From NCBI GenBank assembly GCA_951406725.2, contig OX597820.1, forward strand, positions 2,170,001-2,234,000: a DNA stretch of 64,000 bases. Direction: 5' to 3'. Positions 23,601 through 34,800 of the stretch are shown here, piece after piece. Made by a program: the position numbers and the translations under genes. Source of the stretch: Octopus vulgaris (lineage: Eukaryota). Each line of letters begins with the position of its first letter. Position 1 is the first letter of the stretch. Under the pieces are notes generated by a model, which saw nothing but the letters and a program-made list of their open reading frames with translations, was not told where the DNA came from and made no database searches.

Positions 23601-26600
23601 GAAGAAAGGAAGGAAGGAAGAAAGGAAAAGGAAGGAAGGAAGAAAGGAAGGAAGGAAGAAAGGAAGAAAGGAAGGAAGGAAGGAAGAAAGGAAGAAAGGA
23701 AGAAAGGAAGGAAGGAAGGAAGGAAGAAAGAAAGGAAGGAAGGAAGAAGGAAGGAAGGAAGAAAGGAAGAAAGAAAGGAGGAAAGGAAGGAACGAAGAAG
23801 GAAGGAAGGAAGGAAGGAAGAAATGAAGAAGGGAAGGAAGAAAGGAAGAAAGGAAGGAAGAATGGAGGAAAGGAAGGAACGAAGAAACGAAGGAAGAAGA
23901 AAGGAAGAAAGGAAGGAAGAAAGGAAGGAAGGAGGGTATTAAAGGAAGAAAGGAAGGAAGAAAGAAAGAAAGGAAGAAAAAAGAAAAGGAAGGAAGGAAG
24001 GAAGGAAGAAAGGAAAGATGAAATGAAGGAAGGAATGAAGGAAGAAGGAAAGGAAGCAATAAAGGAAGAAAGGAAGGAAGAAGAAAGGAAGAAAGGAAGG
24101 AAGAAAGGAAGGAAAAAAGGAGAAAGGAAGGAAGAAAGGAAGAAAGGAAGGAAAGAAGAAAGGAAGAAGGGAAAGAAAGGAAGGAAGATAGGAAGAAGAA
24201 AGGAAGAAAGGAAGGAAGGAAAGGAAGGAAGGAAGAAAGAAGAAAGGATGGAAGGAAGGAAGCAAGGAAGGAAGGAAGGAAAGGAAGGAAGGAAGGAAGA
24301 AAGGAAGGAAGGAAGAAAGGAAGAAAGGAAGAAAGGAAGAAAGGAAGGAAGGAAGGAAGGAAGAAACGGAAGGAAGGAAGAAAGGAAGGAAGGAAGGAAG
24401 GAAGGAAGGAAGGAAGGAAGGAAGGAAGGAAGGAAGAAAGGAAGGAAGGAAGAAAGGAAGGAAGAAAGGAAGGAAGGAAGGAAAGAAGGAACGAAGGAAG
24501 AAAGGAAGGAAGAAAGGAAGGAAGGAAGGAAGGAAGGAAGGAAGGAAAGGAAGGAAGGAAGGAAGGAAGAAAGGAAGGAAGGAAAGAAGGACCGAAGGAT
24601 GGAAGGAAGAAAGGAAGGAATGAAGGAAGGAAGGAAGAAAGGCAGGAAGAAAGGAAGGAAGGAAGGAAGGAAGGAAGGAAGGAAGGAAGGAAGGAAGAAA
24701 GGAAGGAAGGAAGGAAAGAAGGACCGAAGGAAGGAAGGAAGAAAGGAAGGAAGGAAGGAAAAAAGGCAGGAAGAAAGGAGGGAAGGAAGGAAGGAAGGAA
24801 GGAAGGAAGGAAGGAAGGAAGAATGAAGGAAATAAGAAAGGAAGGAAGTAAGGAAAGAAGGAAGGAAGAAAGAAAGGAAGAGAGGAAGAAAGGAAGGAAG
24901 GAAGAAAGGAAGAAAAGGAAGAAAGGAAGGAAGGAAGGAAAGAAGAAAGGAAGGAAGGAAGGAAGGAAGGAAGGAAGGAAGAAAGGAAGGGAAGAAGGAA
25001 GAAGAAGAAAGGAAAAAGAAGGAAGAAGGAAGAAAGGAAGAAAGGAAGAAAGGAAGGAAGAAAGAAAGGAAGGAAGGAAGAAGGAAGGAAGGAAGAAAGG
25101 AAGGAAGAATGAAGGAAGGAAGAAAGGAATGAGGAAAGGAAGAAATGTAGAAGCAGAAAGGAAGAAAGGAAGGAAGCAAGGAAGGAAGGAAGAAAGGAAG
25201 AAAGGAATGAAGAATGATAAGAAGGAACAAACGAAGAAAGGAAGGAAGAAACGAAGTAAGGAAAGAAGAAAGGAAAAGAGGAAGGAAGAAAGGAAAAAAG
25301 AAGGAACGAAGATAGGAAGGAACGAAGAAAGGAAGCAAGAAAGGAAGAAAGGAAGGAAGAAAGGAAGAAAGGAGGAAGGAAGGAAGGAAGGAAGGAAGGA
25401 AGGAAGAAAGGAAGGAAGAAACGAAGGAAGAAAGGAAGGAAGGAAGAAACGAAGAAGGAAGGAAGGAAGAAAGGAAGGAAGGAAGGAAGAAAGGAAGGAA
25501 GGAAGGAAGGGAGGAAGGAAGGAAGAAAGGAAGAAAGGAAGGAAGGAAGGAAGGAAGAAAGGAAGGAAGAAAGGAAGGAAGGAAGGAAGGAAGGAAGAAA
25601 GGAAGGAAGAAGAAAGTAAGAAAGGAACGAAGAAAGGAAGGAAGGAGGAGAAGAAAGGAAGAAAGGAGGGAAGAAAGGAAGGAAGGAAGGAAGGAAGGAA
25701 GAATGGAAGAAAGAAAGGAAGGAAGGAAGGAAGGAAGGAAGGAAGAAAGGAAGGAAGAAAGAAAGGAACGAACGAACGAACGACCGAAGAAAGGAAGGGA
25801 GGAAGAAAGGAAGAAAGAAATTGAAAGAAAGGAAGTTAGCCAGGAAGGAAGAAAAAGGAACGAAGAAAGGAAGAAAGGACGGAAGGAAGAAAGGAAGGAA
25901 GTAAGAAAGGAAGGAAGAAAGAAAGTAGGAAGGAAGAAAGGAAGAAAGGATGGACGAAAGGAAGGAAGAAAGGAAGGTAGGAAGGAATGAAGGAAGGAAG
26001 GAAGGAAGGAAGGAAGGAAAGAAGGAAGGAAGGAAGGAAGGAAGGAAGGAAAGAAGGGAGGGAGGGGGGAAGGAGGGAGGAAGAAAGAAAAGGGAGGAGG
26101 GAAGGTAGGGAGGGAGGGATGAAGGAAGGAAGGAAGGGAGGAAGGAAGGAAGGAAGAAAGGAAAGAACGAAGAAAGTAAGTGGAGGTGGGTAGGGAGGGA
26201 GGGAGGGATGAAGAAAGGAAGGAAGGGAGGAAGGATGTAAGGAAGAAAGGAAGGAAGGAAGGAAGGAAGGAAGGAAGGAAGGAAGGAAGGAAGGAAGGAA
26301 GAAAGGAAGGAAGGAAGGAAGAAAGGAAGGAAGGAAGGAAGGAAGGAAGGAAGGAAGGAAGAAATGAAGGAAGGAAGAAACGAAGAAACGAAGGAAGAAA
26401 CGAAGAAATGAAGGAAGGAGGAAAGGAAGAAAGGGAGAAAGGAAGGAACGAAGAAAGAAAGGATGGAAGGAAGAAAGAAAGGAAGTAAGGAAGGAAGGAA
26501 GAATGAAGGAAATAAGAAAGGAAGGAAGAAATGAAGGAAGGAAGGAAGGAAGGAAGGAAGAAAGGAAGGAAGGAAGAAAGGAAGAATGGGAGAAAGGAAG

Positions 26601-29600
26601 AAACGAACCAAAGAAGAAAGGTAGGGAGGATTGACGGAAGGAAGGAAGGAAGAAAGGAACGAAGGAACGAAGGAACGAAGAAAGAATGGAAAACAGTAAG
26701 GAATGAAGATAGAAAGGAATGAAGGGAGAAAGGAAGGAAGAAAGAAAGGAAGGAATAAATGAAAGAAGGAAGAAAGGAAGGAAGAATGAAGGAAGGAAGA
26801 ATGAAGGAAGGAAGAAAGGAATGAGGAAAGGAAGAAATGTAGAAGCAGAAAGGAAGAAAGGAAGGAAGTAAGGAAGGAAGGAAGAAAGGAAGAAAGGAAT
26901 GAAGAATGATAAGAAGGAACAAACGAAGAAAGGAAGGGACAAACGAAGTAAGGAAAGAAGAAAGGAAAAGAGGAAGGAAGAAAGGAAAAGAAGGAACGAA
27001 GATAGGAAGGAACGAAGAAAGGAAGCAAGAAAGGAAGAAAGGAAGGAAGAAAGGAAGAAAGGAAGAAAGGAAGGAAGGAAGGAAGGAAGGAAGGAAGAAA
27101 GGAAAGAAGAAAGGAAGGAAGAAAGGAAGGAAAGAAGAAAGGAGGAAGAAAGGAAGGAAGGAAGGAAGGAAGGAAGGAAGGAAGAAAGGAAGGAAGGAAG
27201 GAAGGAAGGGAAGAAGGAAGGAAGAAAGGAAGAAAGGAAGGAAGGAAGGAAGGAAGAAAGGAAGGAAGAAAGGAAGGAAGGAAGAAGGAAGGAAGGAAGA
27301 AAGGAAGGAAGAAGAAAGGAAGGAAGGAAGGAAGAAAGGAAGGAACGAAGAAAGGAAGAAAGGAGGGAAGAAAGGAAGGAAGGAAGAAAGGAAGGAAGGA
27401 AGGAAGAAAGGAAGGAAGGAAGGAAGGAAGAAAGGGAGGAGGAACGGAAGGAAGGATGAATGGAAGAAAGGAAGGAAGAAAGAAAGGAACGAACGAACGA
27501 ACGACCGAAGAAAGGAAGGGAGGAAGAAAGGAAGAAAGAAATTGAAAGAAAGGAAGTTAGCCAGGAAGGAAGAAAAAGGAACGAAGAAAGGAAGAAAGGA
27601 CGGAAGGAAGAAAGTAAGGAAGTAAGAAAGGAAGGAAGAAAGAAAGTAGGAAGGAAGAAAGGAAGAAAGGATGGACGAAAGGAAGGAAGAAAGGAAGGTA
27701 GGAAGGAATGAAGGAAGGAAGGAAGGAAGGAAGGAAGGAAAGAAAGGAAGGAAGGAAGGAAGGAAGAAAGGAAGGAAGAAGGAAGGAAGGAAGGAAGAAA
27801 GAAGGAAGGAGAAGAAAAAGGAAGGAAGGAAGGGAAGGAAGAAAGGAAGGAAGGAAGGAGAAGGAAGGAAAGGAAGAAAGGAAGAAGAAGAAAGGAAGAA
27901 AGAAAGAAAGGAAGAAGAGAAGGAAGGAAGAAAGAAAGGAAGGAAGGAAGAAAGGATGTAAGGAAGAAAGGAAGGAAGGAAGGAAGGAAGGAAGGAAGGA
28001 AGGAAGGAAGGAAGGAAGGAAGGAAGGAAGGAAGAAAGGAAGGAAGAAAGGAAGGAAGGAAGGAAGAAACGAAGAAATGAAGGAAGGAAGAAACGAAGAA
28101 ACGAAGGAAGAAACGAAGAAATGAAGGAAGGAGGAAAGGAAGAAAGGAGAAAGGAAGGAACGAAGAAAGAAAGGATGGAAGGAAGAAAGAAAGGAAGTAA
28201 GGAAGGAAGGAAGAATGAAGGAAATAAGAAAGGAAGGAAGTAAGGAAAGAAGGAAGGAAGAAAGAAAGGAAGAGAGGAAGAAAGGAAGGAAGGAAGAAGG
28301 AAGAAAGGAAGAAAGGAAGGAAGGAAGGAAGGAAAGAAGAAAGGTAGGGAAGGAAGGAAGGAAGGAAGGAAGGAAGAAAGGAAGGAAGAAAGAACGAAGG
28401 AAGGAAGAAAGAATGGAAGGACAGTAAGGAAGGAAGATAGAAAGGAATGAAGGGAGAAAGGAAGGAAGAAAGAAAGGAAGGAATAAATGAAGGAAGGAAG
28501 AAAGGAAGGAAGAATGAAGGAAGGAAGAATGAAGGAAGGAAGAAAGGAATGAGGAAAGGAAGAAATGTAGAAGCAGAAAGGAAGGAAGGAAGGAAGGAAG
28601 GAAGGAAGGAAGAAAGGTAGGATGAAAGGAAGGAAGGAAGAAAGGAAGAAAGGAATGAAGGAAGATAAGAAGGAACAAACGAAGAAAGGAAGGAAGAAAG
28701 GATGTAAGGAAAGAAGAAAGGAAAAGCGGAAGGAAGAAAGGAAAAAAGAAGGAACGAAGATAGGAAGGAACGAAGAAAGGAAGCAAGAAAGGAAGAAAGT
28801 AAGGAAGAAAGGAAGAAAGGAAGAAAGGAAGGAAGGAAGGAAGGAAGGAAGGAAGGAAGGAAGGAAGAAAGGAAAGAAGAAACGAAGGAAGAAAGGAAGG
28901 AAAGAAGAAACGAAGAAAGGAAGGAAGGAAGAAAGGAAGGAAAGAAGGAAGAAAGGAAGGAAGGTAGAAAGAAAGAAAGAAAGAAAGGAAGAAAGGAAGG
29001 AACGTAGAAATGAAGGAACGAAGAAAGGAAGGAAGGATGGAGAGAAGGAAGAAAGGAAGGAAGGAAGGAAGAAAGGAAGGAAGGAAGGAAGAAAGGAAGG
29101 AAGGATTGATGGAAGGGAGCAAGGAAGGAAGAAAGGAAGAAAGGAAGGAAGGAAGGTAGGAAGAAAGGAAGGAAGAAAGGAAGGAATGAAGGACGGAACG
29201 AAGAAAGGAAGGAACGAAGAAAGTAAGAAAGGAACGAAGAAAGGAAGGAACGAACGAACGAACGACCGAAGAAAGGAAGGGAGGAAGAAAGGAAGAAAGT
29301 AATTGAAAGAAAGGAAGGAAGCCAGGAAGGAAGAAAAAGGAACGAAGAAAGGAAGAAAGGACGGAAGGAAGAAAGTAAGGAAGTAAGAAAGGAAGGAAGA
29401 AAGAAAGTAGGAAGGAAGAAAGGAAGAAAGGATGGACGAAAGGAAGGAAGAAAGGAAGGTAGGAAGGAATGAAGGAAGGAAGGAAGGAAGGAAGGAAGCA
29501 AGGAAGGAAAGAAGGAAGGAAGGAAGGAAGGAAGGAAAAAGAAGGAAGGAAGGGGGAAGGAGGGAGGAAGAAAGAAAGGAAGGAGGGAAGGTAGGGAGGA

Positions 29601-31826
29601 AGGGATGAAGGAAGGAAGGAAGGGAGGAAGGAAGGAAGGAAGAAAGGAAAGAACGAAGAAAGTAAGGGAGGAGGGAAGGGAAGGGAGGAAGGAAGAAAAG
29701 AAGGAAGGAGGAAGGAAGTAAGGAAGAAAGGAAGGAAGGAAGGAAGGAAGGAAGGAAGGAAGGAAGGAAAGAAGAAAGGTAGGGAGGATGGAAGGAAGGA
29801 AGGAAGGAAGAAAGGAAGAAAGGAAGGAACGAACGAACGAACGAAGAAAGGAAGAAAGGAAGGAAGGAAGCAAGAAAGTAAGAAAGTAAGGAAGAAAGGA
29901 AGGAAGGAAGAAAGGAAGAGAGGAAGAAATGAAGGAAGGAAAGGAAGGAAGAAAGGAAGAAAGGAAGGAACGAGGAAAGGAAGGAACGAAGAAAGGAAGA
30001 AAGGAAGCAAGAAAGGAACAAAGGAAGGAAGAAAGGAAGAAAGGTGGAAAGGAAGGAAGGAAGGAAGGAAGGAAGAAAGGAAATAAGAAACGAAGGATAA
30101 AGGAAGGAAAGAAGAAAGGAAGGAAGGAAGGAAAGAAGAAAGGAAGGAAGAAAGGAAGGAAGGAAGGAAGAAAGGAAGGAAGGAAGAAAGAAAGAAAGAA
30201 AGGAAGAAAGGAAGGAAAGAAGAAAGGAAGGAACGAAGAAAGGAAGGAAGGATAGAAAGAAGGAAGGAAAGAAGGAAGAAAGGAAGGAAGGATTGATGGA
30301 AGGGAGCAAGGAAGGAAGAAAGGAGGAAAGGAAGGAAGGAAGGAAGGAAGGAAGGAAGGAAGGAAGGAAGGAAGGAAGAAAGGAAAGAAGAAACGAAGGA
30401 AGAAACGAAGGAAAGAAGAAACGAAGAAAGGAAGGAAGGAAGGAAGGAAGGAAGGAAGAAAGGAAGGAAGGTAGAAAGAAAGAAAGAAAGGAAGAAAGGA
30501 AGGAACGTAGAAATGAAGGAACGAAGAAAGGAACGAAGGATGGAGAGAAGGAAGAAAGGAAGGAAGGAAGGAAGAAAGGAAGGAAGGATTGATGGAAGGG
30601 AGCAAGGAAGGAAGATAGGAAGAAAGGAAGGATGGAAGGAAGGAAGAAAGGAAGGAAGAAAGGAAGGAATGAAGAACGGAACGAAGAAAGGGAAGGAAGG
30701 AAGAAGAAAGGAACGAAGAAAGGAAGGAACGAAGAAAGGAAGAAAGGAGGGAAGAAAGGAAGGAAGGAAGGAAGAAAGGAAGAGAGGAAGAAAGGAAGAA
30801 AGGAAGGAAGGAAGGAAGAAAGGACGAAATGAAGGAAGGACGGAAGGAAGGAAGGAAGGAAGGAAGGAAGGAAGAATGGAAGAAAAGAAGGAAGGAAGAA
30901 AGGGAGGAGGAACGGAAGGAAGGATGAATGGAAGAAAGGAAGGAAGAAAGAAAGGAACGAACGAACGAACGGAAGAAAGGAAGGGAGGAAGAAAGGAAGA
31001 AAGAAATTAAAAGAAAGGAAGGAAGCCAGGAAGGAAGAAAGAAGGAACGAAGAAAGGAAGAAAGGACGGAAGGAAGAATGTAAGGAAGTAAGAAAGGAAG
31101 GAAAAATGGAGGAAGGAAGAAAGGAAGGAAGAAAGAAATTAGGAAGGAAGAAAGGAAGAAAGGATGGACGAAAGGAAGGAAGAAAGGATGGTAGGAAGGA
31201 ATGAAGGAAGTAAGGAAGGAAGGAAGGAAGGAAGGAAAGAAGGAAGGAAGGAAGGAAGGAAGGAAGGAAGGAAAGAAGGGAGGGAGGGAGAATGAGGGAG
31301 GAAGAAAGAAAAGGGAGGAGGGAAGGTAGGGAGGGAGGGATGAAGGAAGGAAGGAAGGGAGGAAGGAAGGAAGGAAGAAAGGAAAGAACGAAGAAAGTAA
31401 GTGGAGGTGGGTAGGGAGGGGTGGTAGGGATGAAGAAAGGAAGGAAGGGAGGATGGAAGTAAGGAAGAAAGGAATGAAGGAACAAAGGAAGAAAGGAAGG
31501 AACGAACGAATGAACGAAGAAAGGAAGAAAGGAAGGAAGGAAGCAAGAAAGGAAGAAATTAAGGAAGAAAGGAAGGAAGGAAGGAAGGAAGAAACGAGGA
31601 AAGGAAGGAACGAAGAAAGGAAGAAAGGAAGCAAGAAAGGAAGAAAGTAAGGAAGAAAGGAAGAAAGGAGGAAAGGAAGGAAGGAAGGAAGAAAGGAAAG
31701 AAGAAACGAAGGAAGAAAGGAAGGAAAGAAGAAAGGAAGGAAGGAAGGAAGGAAGAAAGGAAGGAAAGAAGAAAGGAAGGATGGAAGGAAGGAAGAAAGG
31801 AAGGAAGGAAGGAAGAAAGGAAGGAA

Positions 31827-31859
<33 letters not shown>

Positions 31860-34800
31860 GAAGGAAAGAAGAAAGGAAGGAACGAAGAAAGGAAGGAAGG
31901 ATAGAAAGAAGGAAGGAAAGAAGGAAGAAAGGAAGGAAGGATTGATGGAAGGGAGCAAGGAAGGAAGAAAGGATGAAAGGAAGGAAGGAAGGAAGGAAGG
32001 AAGGAAGGAAGGAAGAAAGGAAAGGAAGAAACGAAGGAAGAAAGGAAGGAAAGAAGAAACGAAGAAAGGAAGGAAGGAAGAAAGGAAGGAAGGAAGGAAG
32101 AAAGGAAGAAAGGTAGAAAGAAAGAAAGGAAAGGAAGAAAGGAAGGAACGTAGAAATGAAGGAACGAAGAAAGGAAGGAAGGATGGAGAGAAGGAAGAAA
32201 GGAAGGAAGAAAGGAAGGAAGGATTGATGGAAGGGAGCAAGGAAGGAAGAAAGGAAGAAAGGAAGGAAGGAAGGAAGGAAGGAAGAAAGGAAGGAAGAAA
32301 CGAAGGAACGAAGAAAGGAAGGAAAGAAGAAACGAAGAAAGGAAGGAAGGAAGAAAGGAAGGAAGGAAGGATGAAAGGAAGGAAGGTAGAAAGGAAAGAA
32401 AGAAAGGAAGAAAGGAAGGAACGTAGAAATGAAGGAACGAAGAAAGGAAGAAGGATGGAGAGAAGGAAGAAAGGAAGGAAGGAAGGAAGAAAGGAAGGAA
32501 GGATTGATGGAAGGGAGCAAAGAAGGAAGATAGGAAGAAAGGAAGGATGGAAGGAAGGAAGAAAGGAAGGAAGAAAGGAAGGAATGAAGGACGGAACGAA
32601 GAAAGGAAGGAACGAAGAAAGGAAGAATGGAGGGAAAAAAGGAAGGAAGGATGGAGGAAAGGAAGAGAGGAAGGGAAGAAAGGAAGGAAGGAAGGAAGAA
32701 AGGAAGAAATGAAGGAAGGAAGGAAGGAAGAAAGGAAGAATGGAAGGAAGAAAGAAGGAAGAAAGGGAGTAGGAATGAAGGAAGGATGAATGGAAGAAAG
32801 GAAGGAAGAAAGAAAGGAAGAAAGGAACGAAGAAAGGAAGGAAGGAAGAAAGGAAGAAAGGAAGGAAGTAAGAAAGGAAGGAAGAAAGAAAGGAACGAAG
32901 GAAGGAAGAAAGGAAGGAAGGAAGAAAGGAAGGAAGAAAGGAAGGAAGGAAAATGAGGAAGGAAGAAAGGAAGGAAGAAAGAAATTAGGAAGGAAGAAAG
33001 GAAGAAAGGAAGGAAGAAAGGAAGGAAGAAAGGAAGGAAGGAAGGAATGAAGGAAGAAAGGAAGGAAGGAAGGAAAGGAAAGGAAGGAAGGAAGGAAGGA
33101 AGGAAGGAAAGAAGGGAGGGAGGGGGAAGGAGGGAGGAAGAAAGGAAGGAAGGAAGGGAGGAAGGAAGGAATGAAGAAAGGAAAGAACGAAGAAAGTATG
33201 TGGAGGTGGGTAGGAAGGAAGGAAGGAAGAATGGAAGAAAGGAAGGAAGGAAGGAAGGAGGAGGAAGGAGGAAAGGATGAATGGAAGGAAAGGAAGGAAG
33301 GAAGAAAGGAAGAAGAAGGAAGGAACGAACGAAGAAAGGAAGGGAGGATGGAAGGAAGGAAGGAAGGAAGGAAGGAAGGAAGGAAGAAAGGAAGAAAGGA
33401 ACGAACGAACGAACGAACGAAGAAAGGAAGAAAGGAAGGAAGGAAGCAAGAAAGGAAGAAAGGAAGGAAGGAAGGAAGGAAGGAAGGAAGGAAGAAAGGA
33501 AGAAAGTAAGGAAGAAAGGAAGGAAGGAAGGAAGGAAGGAAGGAAGGAAGAAATGAAGAGAGGAAGAAATGAAGGAAGGAAGGAAGGAAGGAAGAAAGGA
33601 AGAAAGAAAGGAAGAAAGGAAGGAAAGAAGGAAGAAAGGAAGGAAGGATTGATGGAAGGGAGCATGGAAGGAAGAAAGGAGGAAAGGAAGGAAGGAAGGA
33701 GGGAAGGAAGGAAGGGAGGGAAGGAAGTAAGGAAGAAAGGAAGGAAGGAAGGAAGGAAGGAAGGAAGGAAGAAAGAAAGGAAGGAAGGAAGAACGGAAGG
33801 AAGGAGGAAACGAAAGAAGAAACAAAGGAACGAAGGAACGAAGGAAGGAAGGAAGAAAGGAATGAAGAAATGAGGAAAGGAAGGCACGAAGAAGGAAGGA
33901 AGGACGGAAGGAAGAAATGAAGAAGGGAAGGAAGAATGGAAGAAAGGAAGGAAGAATGGAGGAAAGGAAGGAACGAAGAAACGAAGAAACGAAGAAAGGA
34001 AGAAAGGAAGGAATAAAGGAAGGAAGGTAGGATTAAAGGAAGAAAGGAAGGAAGAAAGAAAGAAAGGAAGAAAGGAGGAAAGGAAGGAAGGAAGGAAGAA
34101 AGGAAAGATGAAACGAAGGAAGGAATGAAGGAAGAAGGAAAGCAAGCAATAAAGGAAGAAAGGAAGGAACGAAGAAAGGAAGAAAGGAAGGATAAAAGAA
34201 TGGAAAAAAGAAGAAAGGAAGAAAGGAAGGAAGGAAAGAAGAAAGGAATGAAGGGAGGAAGAAAGGAAGAAAAGAAAGAAGGAAGGAAGATAGGAAGGAA
34301 GAAAGGAAGAAAGGGAGGTGGAAAGGAAGGAAGGAAGAATGGAAGAAAGAATGGAAGGAAGGAAGCAAAGAAGGAAGGAAGAAAGGAAGGAGAGAAGGAA
34401 GAAAGGAAGGAAGAAAGGAAAGACGGAAGGAAGGAAGGAAGAAAAGAAGGAAGAATGAAGAAAGGAAGAAGGGAAGGAGGGAAGGAAGAAAGGGAAGAAA
34501 GAAGAAAGGAAGGAAGGAAGAAATGAAGAAAGGAAGGAAGGAAGGAAGAAAGGAAGGAAGAATGAAGGAAGAAAGGAAGGAATGAAGAAAGGAAGAAAGG
34601 AATGAGGGAAGGAAGGAAGGAGGAAAGGAAGGAAGAATGAAGGAAGGAAGGAAGGAAGGAAGGAAGGAAGAAAGGAAGGAAGGAAGAAAGGAAGAAAGGA
34701 AGGAAGGAAGGAAGGAAGGAAGGAAGGAAGGAAGGAAGGAAGAAAGGAAGGAAGGAAGGAAGGAAGGAAGGAAGAAAGAAATGATGAAAGTAAGGAAGAA

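Noticed and set aside
24800-33300. Regularly recurring marker motifs as a CRISPR-like array
   Set aside because: The intervening sequence is the same satellite rather than unique spacers; eukaryotic context, no cas genes.
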